Of a stretch of DNA of 64,000 nucleotides, positions 12,486-25,102 are shown piece by piece. Location of the stretch: contig OZ076410.1 in the NCBI GenBank assembly GCA_964187785.1, positions 80,228,001-80,292,000 of the forward strand, in the 5' to 3' direction. Each line of letters opens with the position of its first letter. Within the stretch, counting starts at the first letter, position 1. Source of the DNA: Amphiscolops sp. MND2022. Taxonomy: Eukaryota. Position numbers and translations under genes: made by a program. A model generated the notes under the pieces. The model saw nothing but the letters and a program-made list of their open reading frames with translations, searched no databases and had not been told where the DNA came from.

Positions 12486-15400
12486 GGGACTGAAGATGAG
12501 AAAATAGCCGCTCATAACTAGTGAGTTATTTTGTTGGCTTTAATCATGTTGTGGTCGTATACTTTGTGGATCTTCATCTTTGGGCTTGTTTGCATATAAT
12601 TCTGGATTATGTGTTGTTTTGTAGGGATGCAGGAACTTGTGTCTCGTATGGAAGCGAGTTTTGAGAGAGCCGCTACGTCTGGACAGCGGGTGCCCAATTA
12701 CAGTAGCCGTCTTGGGGAAAGATTTGGCAAGAGATCACCGATTGTTGAGCGTGTTCGTCAGCGGAGCCAGTACTGGCGTGTCCACTCGTTTCCATTGCAT
12801 GATCTGTCGGCGAGACGTGTCGATGCAGTCCCTTGAAGCATCCTTGAATCAGCTAAGGAATTTGTTCGTCATTTTTTTCAGACAGACACTGGGAGCGAGA
12901 TGTTGCGTATCGTGTTCACAACCATATGCCTTCTTAAAATCGTCAAGTGATCTTGTCGTCTGAGCAGCGAAGCGAAATCTTGAGTCGTGGACGAGTTGAC
13001 AAGGATGAGGGATATAGTTTCCCTGAAGATCTGTTGCCCAGTTGCACCCGTGTAGAGTCTACTGAGCCTTTATTGACGATGATAAATCGCGTTGTTGAAC
13101 TGTGTCGTTGTGGGGGCAGTATTGTTCTTCTGCGGAAACTGTGGGGCAACTTCAGGGCTACTCTAGGACGCAAAGACCCCCTTTACAACCTGCAGTGGAA
13201 TCGCTCCGAAACTCTTGTTAGTTTTGTCTGGTATTGTTTCTAGTGCTTGTAATGGAGGTTGTAATGAAAGTGACCGGGGGGGGAAGGGTTAGGATGTGTG
13301 AGCGTGGTTGAGTGATTTATTGTTGTTTCAGTCGTTAATTTGTCGTGGTCTTTTCCCTCGCGTTCTTCGATCTATGGTATCGCGGGTTGCAAAGTGCGGC
13401 CATTACAGTGTGACGCTCGAAGAGCGATCGGATGGTCAGTATTGGGAAGGCAATTCCTTGTTGAGCCTGTGTGTCAACGTAGAGGGGCTTGGTCAGCGGG
13501 TGCCGCACGCGTTGTTGTCGTCACTCTCTCGGGTAAAATCAAGCTTGACTTCTGGACTGATGCCCATCAGCATTCGTGGTGTGAGCCCATCTGTGTTGCG
13601 TGTTGAGAGCGACGAGCGGTCAGATGGACGTAGCTTCGTTCTTGCTCGGCAGTTTTCTGCTGAGATGTTTCTACACTCTTACAGCGTGGTGCATCAGGAG
13701 ATCTTCGGGATGCTCGAGGTGACCACTTTGATCAACTTGCTGATGTTGCGTTTTCGTGGGGCTCTGCAAGAGCCCTGGATGGACGATGTCCCTGTACTGC
13801 GAAATTTTGTGGTCGCTGGACGTGTGACTTTTGGCGAACTTCGCGGAGTTGCTTCTGATGTCGTGTCTGCATGGGATACTGTTCGCGAGTATGTTCGCTA
13901 TGCTGGTCCTCGCCACACCGAGAGTTCTTTCGACAAAGTGGGTTGTATTCGTCTTCAATTTTGCTCGCTTTTTTCTTTTTTTTTCTTCAATGGAAGTTGA
14001 CTGTCTTTCGAAACTGTGACGCAAAGTCGTGTTGTTCTCTGGCTGTTTTTTTGTATTTCATTTTATTTGAAGTCTTCTGTGAGTTTTAGATGCGGGGTAC
14101 AGACTGTCTGGTCAGTAGCGAGGCAACAAATGGGCTTTGTTTGAAGCGTCTGCTTCTAATTCTCAATTTGTGTAAGTTGGTTGCGTTGCGTGATCGTATT
14201 TTTCTGTGCTTTTGTGTTATTGTGCACTGCTGCTCCTGTTTGATATTTGTGGTATTTTGGATATTTTTCATCTTATGTTTTTCTTCTGTTTTTCGCTTTG
14301 TTATCAAGTTGTTTGTTTAGACAACGTTCAAGAAACCGAAGACAGGACGGAATGATTATGGTTCTCACGCGTACTGTGAAGTTTGTCACTTTGTGTATTG
14401 TCTTCTCACCCGCAGTCAAAAGTTGTCAAGCCTTCCAGAACTCAACGACTGGGAGTCGTACATGGACGTATCCAAAGTGGCTAAACTCGAAAAAAATGCT
14501 ACCAACGAAGTTCTTCTGAATGACTATTTCGGTGTGAAATTGAGACAGTCTACCAATAGTGAGGTTTGCGACTTCCGCAATCGTTGTCGGGAGGTTGTCG
14601 ACCATCTTGTGAACCTTATTTTGGCCCAACATGTTTTGTCGGCGGATTTCTTTTACGCAATTTACTGCTTTTGTCCCAAACTGTTACTGGAGGGTGATGA
14701 CCGGCGTGTCTTTCAATTGTTTTGCCGGTTGGTCCGTCTCTTTGAAACGAACGGTAGTATCTCGTCTGATAGTGCTTAATCTAGTGAGGAAGAAATTACA
14801 ACATTTGTTGTGGATGTTCGAAGACGACACGTCGAGTCAAGGCTGAGTGCAGAAAAGGTTGAAGATATAGTGACGTTTCTTTTGGCCGACTACAGTTTTA
14901 TGTCGCGAAGACACTTGAGTTACATCTCTAAGGTGTGGTGCCTTATTGCGGAACGTCCTTCAGTTGATTTGCTCGAAATCATCATCGAGCTGGATGGTTG
15001 AGCAGTGTCTGCTTCTGTAGTGACGCCTTGTTTAATGGGAGTTCAAAGATTGTGGTCATCTGCCTCATACAAGCAGGGGGCATTCTTTACTGAGGGTACC
15101 ATGGAAAGTGTACGCGAGTCTATTGCCTGCAGTCGTGAATTCATGGCTTCTTCAGCTTTTGATCCGGGGGAAGATATTTCTCGTACAGACCGTACTGAGT
15201 TTGTCACTCGTCATACTGTTGCTTTTGACCACTATTTGGCTCGTAAGAAGAAGGAATGCGTGACGCTCACCGGTCGCCTCGTTATGTGCAATTTAGCACT
15301 TGCAGCAGCTCGTCTACTTCTGGGTCTGGAAATTTGCCAAGGACGACTTTATTGCCCAAAGTCTTCTTTTGGCTTTGCCTCGACTGTGGCCTTGTCTAAG

Positions 15401-15691
15401 GAGTGTGGCAGTTCTGGTTCCTCAAGAAAAGGGACGAAGTCGCCTGATACGAGTCTATCAGTTTTGATGAATCAGGGAAAGACTGATGAGAGAGCGGAAA
15501 AAGATACTACGAGGGCATTATGGAGGAGTGGAAGGGAGTCTGGTAAAGGGAGTGGCAGGGGGAAGAATTCTGGAAAGGGTCACTCTTCTAGATTCAAGAA
15601 ATGATTCAAACTAAATTTATGAACAATTGTTAAGCTAGTTTCTATTTTTTTATTTGTTGTTATATCAATTCGTATTGTGGTTTAGATTAAT

Positions 15692-18600
15692 TTAGTTAAT
15701 TGCCAGAATAATCAGATCGGTTTCATCTAGTCCTCTGATAATACTTCCTCTTTTTTGAGTCGTAGTCATAGCGTCAAGTCGTCTGAAGTCTGGATTAGCG
15801 ATAGGTATAGGAATAGGTCGTAGATCGTCCTGTTTTGCGCGGGTTATATCTGACACCTGTAGGCGGTGATTTTGGGGGAATAGGTGGAGTTTCAATGGGT
15901 GGTGGGCGACGTTTATATGGATTATCCTCTACGTTTTCTACGTCTGTAGTGAGATTTGAAAAACCTGGTGACGATAGCGTCACGTCATTCGTGTCTTCGG
16001 ATTGATTTTCTGTTACCGTTTGCGTCATATTTTCATCATTCGTGTTCGTCACTTTTTTGTCACGGCTTGCTGTTTTTTGCTTGCAAGTTCCGACGTCTCG
16101 TGTTTGTCAATTTGCTTTCCAAAATCTATTTCCCAAGATTCGGCATAACATTCGTTGTGCGACACCTTGACGTCCGGGTCTGGAAAATTTTCGTTTGATT
16201 GTATTGTGACGTCAGGCATACGTTGATCTGGCACATATGGTCGTATTCGTTTTCTATGTAGGGTTTGTGTGTATCGTGTGCCAATTTTTCGTATCGTGTT
16301 ATTGTTATTTTATAATACTTTTATCACCATGTACGGTCCCATCCAGATACAATCCTGAAATGCAAATATTGTCGCTTGATTGTCGGCTTTCGGATTAACA
16401 ATATAGCAACAGTCAATCATTTTGAGAGGAGTTTCAGACGCTTTTGCGTTCGTAATTTTATTGTATTTGAGATAAGACAGCTTTATGTTGTCTTTTGCTG
16501 TCGCGCGCACTTCGTCAATTTGTTTTTGCAGCTGATCAGCTATATCCGAATTAGGCGTGGTTTTCCATTTTGGCTTGATACCCAATTTTAAATCAAGTAC
16601 GTTGTAGGGTATTCGTCCATGGAATACTGTGGATGTTTCGCAACCTAGGGTTTCGTGATAGGTTGAATTGTCGTTCATAACTGCAATTTGGACATATTTG
16701 TGCCACATTGAACGTCTCTCTCCCGTCGATATTTTTAAAGCTGTTTTGATAGAAGCATGTGTTCGTTCCAAAATTCCAATTGTTTGCGCATGTTTAATGG
16801 ACGCATGGCTAACTTGGATTTCTAGTATCCGACGTCTCATCGGAATTGTGAGCCTTTGTCTGATAAAATTGGTGTTGGCAGATATGCGTGTCTCGTCATG
16901 ACGTCATCCATGCGTCTTCCAGTTGTTTTTGCTGTAACGTTCTGCGTTGGATATGCAAATAGGTAGCGCGAGAATACATCGATCATGGTTACATTGGTTT
17001 GGTATCCTGCGACAATGGTTTGGTATCCTGTGAGATTTGGCAGATTCGGTAATATGTCGATCTCTAGGTTATCTTCCGCTCACAAGACGTGTTCTGTATT
17101 GTTGATCAATTTTGGTCTGATTTGGCTGTTAATGATTCTTTTGTATTTACTACAAGCTTCGCACTGTGACACCCATTGTTTGATTCCTTTGGGTAATCCT
17201 GGGTAGTGATATTTTAATTTGCATTCTTGGATCATATTTGTGATTCCTGGGTGTTTTCCCTTATGTCTCATAATTGCTCATAGGAGTTCTGTTATTATGC
17301 GTTCGGGGATTAATGTTTGATGATGGGTGACTTGTCCGCATTCCCCATAGTATTTCCTCATTAGTATGTCATCATTGACTAGTAGTCTATTTTCGTGGAC
17401 TAATAGACGTTTCGCTTTCGAATCTGTTTGTATTAGGTGTTTGTCGTATTCTTCGCACTAAGTTAGTTTTGAACACTAAGTCTGTGTCTTGTTCGACCTT
17501 GATACGGGCGTCCTCTTTTATTGCCCCAAAGGTGTATGATGTCTTGTTTATTGGAATTGGGGTTGTTTCTTTAATAACTATTTTTTTTCGTTCTTTGTCG
17601 CTCGCATTTTGTCTAGCTTGCTCTTTTTGTAATAGAATTTTTTCTTCAGTTTCAATAGTTTCTTCTGGAAGGAAGAAAAGTTGTTCTTCATCTGCGACGC
17701 CGGTTGATTGTAGATTGACTTGTATCGGTCGGATCCTGCTATCGTTTCTGATTGTTACTTCAACTCTTTCTTTGGGATTGAGGTCGATCCTTGACAGAAA
17801 TTCAGCTGCAGTGTTTTGCGTCCCCGCTACGTTCATGATTTGGAAGTTGAATTGTAGCACATAATGACATGGGTTACATAGTGTGGGAGAGATCGCTTTT
17901 GTTTTGTGTGTTACCGACCTGTTGTCAGTCAATAAAAGTGTTGTTGTTTCCCACAAGATTTGGCTGTATTCTAGAAATGCGTGATAAATCGCTAAGATTG
18001 CAAAAGATGGACATTTTCAGTTGGGCTGGGGAAAACATTTTCGCTTCGAACGCGACTGGGGCGAAAATTGTTTTTCTTGAATTGAGTTTTCTATCATTGT
18101 CTTCTTCTATCATTAGCGCATTGCCTGAGGCGCGAAAGCTGGCATCCGTCATTAGGACGTATTGGCGTCCTGTGATTGGTTGTTTGAGAGCCAATTCGCC
18201 TGCTTCCGCTAGTGCTGCGTTGGTCGCTTTGTAGTTGTCTGGCAATTCGTGCGTCACTTTGATTTGCTTGTCTGCCTTCAGAAGTTTGTAAAAACCAAGC
18301 AGTTTTTCTGACAGCCTCGGAATCTAGTTCGATAGAAATTGACCAAGCTGATGTAATTTTGGACTTCTTTCTTTGATTTTGAAAGCCTCACATTTGCTAA
18401 GAATTTTTGGCTTTTGTGATCTTGGCGAGCAATTCCTTGTGGTGTGATAGTGCTCCCAAAGAATTCGATTTCAGCAACTCTGAAATGACTTTTTTCAATG
18501 GTCAGTTTGGGTCCTGCCTTTCTGATGCATTCGAAGACGGCGCGGATGTTACGTATCAATTGCGTCGCAGAATTGGCGCTATTCCAATGTCGTCCACATA

Positions 18601-21600
18601 TTGGGCGCACTGATCGGTTTTAATCACTTTGACTAGGTGTTCTCTCATAAAACTTGAAAATGCCGACAAGGCTCTGCTCAGTCTTTATGCCAGTCGTTTG
18701 TAGGCAACCGTTCTGCATGCGAAGTTGAAGGCAAACTTTTCGATCGATCTTTGGTCCGTCATTTGCAAACAGTGATAAACCTGAGAGCAATCTAACTAGC
18801 AAAACAGTTTTTTACCGGCTAGGTGTTGAGCTGCATCTGGCAGGGTGCTAACTGGATAAATGTTGTTGATGTAGTCACCTGAGTTCAGCGCGTTGATTTT
18901 TCAGAAGTCGACAAGTAGGCGCAATTTGCCATTTAGTTTGCGTTGTGCAACAATCGGACTCGCATATTTTGAGACTGGCAGCGTAGTCATAATGCCGTAC
19001 TTGTGCATTATTGTCAAGTTGATTGGTACCGGTAGGCTCTGGGTGTATATTGAGCGTTCGTCCTTCGGAGTCAGTTTTACTTTGAAGCTGTTTTTTATGC
19101 CAATGTCGAGTCGATTACGCGCGAAGATTTCATTGAACTAGATTATTGTTTGTTCTAGTTGTTTTCTGTCATCTTCTTCGATCTGGGAGCCTTCCAATTG
19201 GAACATATCCAGAAATTTTTTCTTGATTCGTGGTCTTCGGTTGGATCTAGCTCTGAGCTAGATGAGTTCGCGAAATTCCTTCAATATTCGCCGTTGTAAT
19301 GGCGTGAGTTCTTCTTCTTTTCTTGGGTTTTCAGGTGTGGGGAACCAGAGATTGTCATCGTTATGTTCATTTTTGCTGTACTTCATAAATTCATCCACAT
19401 ACATGTGAGTGTCATCAGGATCTTGCAGTTTATTTAGTGCAGCAGCGTCAATGGGTCGTATTTGCTTAGTATCTTCAAGCTTGAGGGTTTGTAGTTTCGC
19501 CAATTTTGTGTGATTATTTATTATGTGCGGAAAATCCAACAGGATGGCTATTCTGATTTTTATTCTTTTGTTATGGGTTGTTGCCGATGCTGGTGCAACG
19601 ATGATGGTGGCTGTCTTCATCGAATTGTGGTAGTGGTTGTAAAGCACTAGTGACTTTGTTTGTATTGGTGGTGGTTACTACTGCATTCACTGTTGTTGTT
19701 TGCTGCGGTAACAGAATTTGGTGTCCTTCTGCCAATATTTGGAGAGGTTTAGGGTTGCAGTTTTTCATTTCGTCTGTCAAAGCTAACGTCATCTCGACGT
19801 GTGGGAAATTGATAGTTCCATTTGCTGTGTCGATCACTGCTTGATGATTTCGCATGAAGTTCAGTCCTGTTATAGAGAAAGACGTCTTTGAGAGGATGAC
19901 GAAGGTATCCGTGAACGTGTATTTTCCGATATTGAATTGGATATCAGCTGTGGCTATTGGTTGTTCCAATTGGGCATTTGCGCTTTAGATTTTGAAAGGA
20001 GGTTGGGGTATTCCTTGATGACGCAACTTTCGCTATTCATTTTGATTGTGTTGTAATCAGACCATGACCATGCATTAATGAAAGCTCTTGAGTCAACCAG
20101 TCCGTCCATTGTTATTTCACCGAATTCGAGTGGCAAGTATAACATCCGTCGTCGTTTTCTGAGTACTATGGTTGAGTTTAGTGGTTGTACGTGTCTCCAT
20201 CCTTTTCAGCTATGTATTCTTTGATTGAGTTGAGTGACACGGAGAAGTCGTCTGGGAAGATAGATTTCTTGGTGGAGCCATGAGTATTGTCCTTGGGCGA
20301 TTGTGACGATGATTGTTCGTCATGGACCTTTGTATCTTGATCTACCGTTTGTGCAATGGGATGTTCTTTGAAAGTGAGGGAGGACTGGCCGTAGAGGTCT
20401 GGCTTGTCCCAGGGATCGCATCTCCAGTTTTTATCAAATACATAGACACTTTCTTGGTCTGATTGTGGGATTGGTCATTTGGTGGTCATGTATTGATCGT
20501 CGGAATCTTTGATCCAGTCTGGGTATTCTTTTCGTTGGTCATTTTTGGCTTTTTTTACGGTAGCGATTTCTGGTCTTCTCAGCCAGTCTTCCGTTTGTGT
20601 TCCGTTGCATTCTGTTGTGGTGTCGTTGTTGTGTTCGATGGGGGATCCTCTCTTGAATACGCCCACGCGTCTGCTGTTTCCCCGAAGCGCAGGCCCGGCG
20701 TAAGTAAATTTTTTGATTCATCGACAGTTTTAAATGTCGTTGGTTGGACGGAGTTATCCGTCTTTCGTTCTTGTTGGTTGTGACGCTTGTGTCGCGGATC
20801 GTTGACAGAGTTGGCTCCATGTCAACAAACTTCAGTTTTGTGAGGTTTGCCGCAAGTTTCGTATTTGAGCGTGTTGCTTGCATTGTTGTTTGTTCGGCCA
20901 CTGTTTTTCCGGGTCTGTTGCCACTTGTCTCTTTTCATTTTTCGGCCGAACTTGTTGCAATAAAGGCAATACCTTTTTTGGTATCTTGAATGGTGTTTTC
21001 TACTGGATTTGATTCGGTTTTCGGTTGGACCGGTTGTACTATGTTCAATGAAACGAGGGTAACCTCATTTTAAGGGTCTATAAACTGTTGGGTTTCTGCC
21101 CCAAAGGCATCTTTCGCGGTTTTTTGAAGTACTTCCAAAAATTCATGGAGCTTTTTTTGTGTTGAGGGATCGAATTTGAGTGCGTCCCATTCCCCTCTTG
21201 CTTTTGCCATCGAGTTAGTCTCCAAAGCGACGTTTAAAGATCGTCATTATTTCGTCCAATGAATCTTTTTTCGAGTCTTCTATATTACAGAACGCCTGTA
21301 GTGCGTCTCCTTGGAGCAAGGAATGAAATTACATTGTTTTCTGGATTCCCGTGAGATGCGGATACATTTTGATATTATTTCGGAAAAGATCTTTGAAACG
21401 TTCGAATTTTTCAGATTTCCCGTCAAAGGTTTGGAGTGATGTCGTTAAAGCTTTTGGCATCGGCAACGTAGTGTTGTCGTTCTTGTCCGATGCAAAGAGT
21501 GTCCTAGCCGCTACAGGACGCTCTTTTGGCGCTGGTTGACTTTGGGACTCTATTTTTGGTCTTTTAGGCTGGTTGGTGGAGTCGTTTAAACCTCCTGTCA

Positions 21601-21950
21601 CCATGTTACGACTTGTACTGGGAAAGTCGTTTTGGGTTGAATTTATCCTAACAAGTTTTGTAGGGGTGTAAAAACTTCTAGATTCATTCTCCGGTTCTTC
21701 TTCAACGTTTCATCTTACGTTTTCTCCTGTTTTAGGCTTCAACAATTTCAACTTTTCTCTCTGGGATTCTACTGAACGGTTCTTGATTTCTGAGGTTTTT
21801 TTCTCTTTCAAAGAAGCTCTCAAACTCTCAAGAAAACTATGTTCATCTCTGGGGGATTTTGCGCTAGAATGTCCTGCAGTACTTTCGTATTGACCTAGAT
21901 GACAAACGTTTTCCACTACTATTGGTGAAACTAAACCTTCACTTACACTC
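15692..21950 (-). mobile_element. Decayed Ty3/Gypsy element (gag-PR-RT-RH-INT); no LTRs recognised
   Basis: gag LTTSLQTFDGKSEKFE (21329-21604). PR GLVDSRAFINAW (~20100). RT YVDD (~18590). RH QYVLMTDASF (~18150). Integrase zinc-binding HPGIT...C..C (~17250) and core IGILERTHASIK (~16800). Many stops and frameshifts. Confidence 0.85.
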
Positions 21951-22883
21951 TCGGTGCTCTCTTATTGGTTGTTCTTTCCCTTTTGGCTTCTTGTTGTCAT
22001 CAATTTTGGAAGAAAAGGTTCGATTTTGGACTTTTAAGTGACTTTTAAGCTGTATTTTTCAACAAAGTTGAGATTACGGCTTTAAAAGCAGAGACAAATT
22101 GTACGAACTGTTTTATAGCAGAATGAAAGACTGAGTCCCTCAAAAATTAAAATGCATCATAATTATACCCTCCTAGCATCATTTGATCATGAGTAAATCC
22201 CAAATTTTCCCCGAACAATTAGTCATCTCCTGTATTTTTGATAAAAAAAATCATTTCGATGCGAAATTTGTGTCGACATTTCGTCAATGTTTGGGACTCG
22301 ACAATTTCGATCTAGTATTAGTCATCAGCCATGATCTTATCATTTCATTCCGGCGTCCTTTTGTTTCCTTCCAAGCAGGAAGTAGATATACTTCAGTCTG
22401 TCATACCGAAAATATTTCCCTGTTTTACTGCTCTGGATCGTAGGAAAATCGACGCGGAGACAACGCTGACGTGAACAACTAACACTTGATTTTGAATTTT
22501 GACTCGAAAAATTTGATGATTAATATCTTTTAACTAAAAAATTTCGCGCTGCTAGGAGAATAAGAGCTGATTAAAGAATGAGAGCACTCAGTTTCCATTT
22601 TTTAAGATCAAACAATATCTGACGATATATTAACGTTAATTACCATACCAATAATTTTAAGTAGCAACGGCAGTTTTTCTTACCTTTACAATTTAACACC
22701 AGCAAGATTTCAACGATAAGATAACATTCAAATTGAACAAACTTTAGAGGTTAGATGCATCACAAGCTAAAAAGTTTAGTTAGACTTTTAAGTTTCCCCA
22801 ATTGTTGTCATAACGACGTCAATCTTGACATGGATCACTTCGGTATGTGGTTATTACATATAAACAGTAAAAAGTCGCATCAC

Positions 22884-22935
22884 ATATATGATATATGGTA
22901 TATATATATATATAACTTTGGTATATATATATATA
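22884..22935. repeat. (TA)n microsatellite
   Basis: Interrupted TA runs. Confidence 0.9.
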
Positions 22936-22944
22936 CTTTTTACA

Positions 22945-23155
22945 TGCTGCAGGCCTGCATGCAGGGTATTTTTTAACAAAACCTAGAAAACTCAGTAAGG
23001 TTCCGGTGGTGTTGAATTACACTGCAATTTCTACTACTGCAATTTAATTTCAAAAAATTTTCCTCTTCTACGAACACGATCACGTTGTATTCACACATTG
23101 ATTTGTCAAAAACTCATCTGATTTAATCATCGCTTCTCAAATAAGACGCTGAAGA
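22945..23155 (+). mobile_element. Non-autonomous DNA-element 5' part (hAT-like CAGG terminus); continues at ~25262-25350
   Basis: TGCTGCAGGCCTGCATGCAGGGTA and the following ~200 bp are homologous to 59555-59765. The rest of the 59.5 kb copy matches ~25262-25350. Confidence 0.55.
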
Positions 23156-24505
23156 TTATGGTCGGTTTCTTCTTACATTGTGAATGAAGTTAATCTGTAT
23201 CGCAGGCAGCCGCCTGTGATGGAACCAAAATCACTACCACCACCATCACAGTTCAGGAATCAGTACCGGGCACTCCGCCCTTATTTGAAAACTCAAACTG
23301 TCAAAACTTTTGTCTTATTTTTTCCTTTCATTGATCTGGAGTTACTAGTTATTTTCATTTTGTTCACTTATGAATTACAGTATGTATTAATTAGTCTGTT
23401 AATAAAACAGTTTAGCAAAACTAAAGTGAGTGTTGAGAATTGCAATAATTGTGCTATGCGTTAAAATAGACGTAATACGAATTGAAAGCAACTGTAAAGC
23501 AGCAAAGGAAACGTGTTCGAGTGATGTACAGTGCTACGCCGAGAACGTCACTGGAGCACGTTGTCCTGACCAGTCAAAATGCAGTATCTATTTTGTTTTG
23601 ATTACGTAAATTAAGGGCCGAGTAAAGCCAGTTGACACAACTTTATTCCTTTCACTTAGCTTCCTGGTCAAATGGCCGATTCCGGCTTTTTTGTGCGAAA
23701 CAAAGTAAAAACACCAATCAAGCATGTAATTAACCAGTGTTAGTGTACTAACACTCTCTGTACCAATTAAACGCTTTTGTGTGGTAGTATAATTTCATAA
23801 TTATTATTAATTGTTAATCAAGAACTCCTTATGATGTTTAATGATGCTTGCTTACTACAAGGCAGTTGGCCTATTTTGGCCTTTGTTATTGAATTGTCTT
23901 TTAATCTAATGGCCATACTGGGCCATATTGCTGGGTTTCATTCATTTATAATGCATGTAGTGATGTTGTTAGTTTGTCAATTTTACGCATCCGCGTAAGG
24001 ACGTGACTCTGGGTAGTTCACATTCCTTTTGCTGTAAACACTTTAGGACCGTTAAAATTGATATGCTGTCAAAGCGTAGTTTGTTTGATGTAATGATGTT
24101 GAATTCCTCCGCTTCTCTTTGATGGTGAGGTTGATGATTGAAAACTGTGTTTGAGTGTATTTCCACACCTTATGATGACCTTAAGCAATGTGACCATGAG
24201 TGGATTGTGAGTAAATTCCCTTCATCAATACCAGGACAGATTCTTGAACCATTTTGATGTAACTATCGCTGCTAAAATGTTGATTGGTTGATGACCATGA
24301 TCATGTGCTTTTTTTTGAAAACTTGTATATAATTAGTAATGTAAGGAATGAGAATGTCATCCTCTCAAGGGTATATATACAGGTATTTTCCTTGAGAGGG
24401 ACACAAGTTGTTTTATGCCCTTACTGTTCAGTTCATTTATTATCCAGTTTTCAAACATCACGTTTTCCGGTCAAACTAATTTATTTTTTGCTCGGATTTT
24501 CCTCA

Positions 24506-25102
24506 ATGCCTACTACCAGCAAACAGAAGAAAGCTAGAAAATCAAGAGGACTTGAAATGTTCTCAGACATTGAATACTTAGACATCATGTTAGGAGGAGA
24601 CCACTTTGACGCAAGGGATAGAGATGAGAGCTTGAACAGTGACTTAGCTAGAAGGCCAGAAAGTGCCATGAGTAACGATCTTGAAAATGATCATGAAAAT
24701 ACTCATGTGAATCCAAGGGTTATCAGTTCTGGCAATTGCGCCAAGTCAGACCGAAATTCAGCCACCGCTAACTCTAGTGCTGAGATAAATAGACTGTCGT
24801 GCGAATTGAACTCGAGATTATCGAGAGAGTTAGACGAGATGATGGGTAGTGTCAACACCCAGATCCAAAGGGCTATCAGTGATGCAATAAGTAATCAGAT
24901 TTTGCCTCAGATTCAAACCGCCCTAAATGCCGGACCGGGCCACTTGACACAAAATAGGTGGAACGTTCCGCCTGAGAGATCGGAAGCTAATCCCGAAGAA
25001 ACCTATGGTGAGAAATCCAAGAAAAATGCTAGATGTGAGCAACGTAATGATTATCAAAGTGATAATCAAACCCAGGCACGTGCTTACGACAATTTGCAAT
25101 AA
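24506..25102 (+). pseudogene. Truncated retroelement ORF1/gag-leader fragment (MPTTSKQKKARKSRG...)
   Basis: Open 198 codons from the ATG at 24506. Homologous to 4363-4830. Ends abruptly at RAYD. Confidence 0.5.

Larger units (their letters stand above)
9100..13341 (+). repeat. Tandem segmental duplication: copy 1 9100-10554 (internally deleted), copy 2 10552-13341
   Basis: 9100-10072 matches 10552-11524 (offset 1452). 10071-10554 matches 12858-13341. Confidence 0.9.
5522..15604 (+). mobile_element. Spliced, decayed transposase-like gene with BED-type C2H2 zinc finger (hAT-like), interrupted by Copia
   Basis: Zinc finger CMIC...RHFFSDRH at ~12795-12890. GT-AG introns 13217-13331 and 13938-14320 join ORF pieces in frame (phase 0). 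A further acceptor lies at 12623-12624 and the stop at 15602-15604. The flanks of the Copia insertion are contiguous in composition. Confidence 0.55.

Noticed and set aside
8042-21916. Numerous 60-150 aa ORFs opposite the Copia, transposase-like and Gypsy genes
   Set aside because: Antisense shadows of decayed TE coding sequence. Many use TTG/GTG starts that are not meaningful in a eukaryote.
22946-22966. Vector polylinker contamination (PstI/StuI/SphI-like GCTGCAGGCCTGCATGCAGG)
   Set aside because: The same motif plus ~200 bp of diverged downstream homology recurs at 59555, so it is a native element end.
23190-23280. Minus-strand TVMVVVVILV as the GPCR TM6 exon
   Set aside because: No CWxP follows, and the nearby acceptor gives a stop in every phase.
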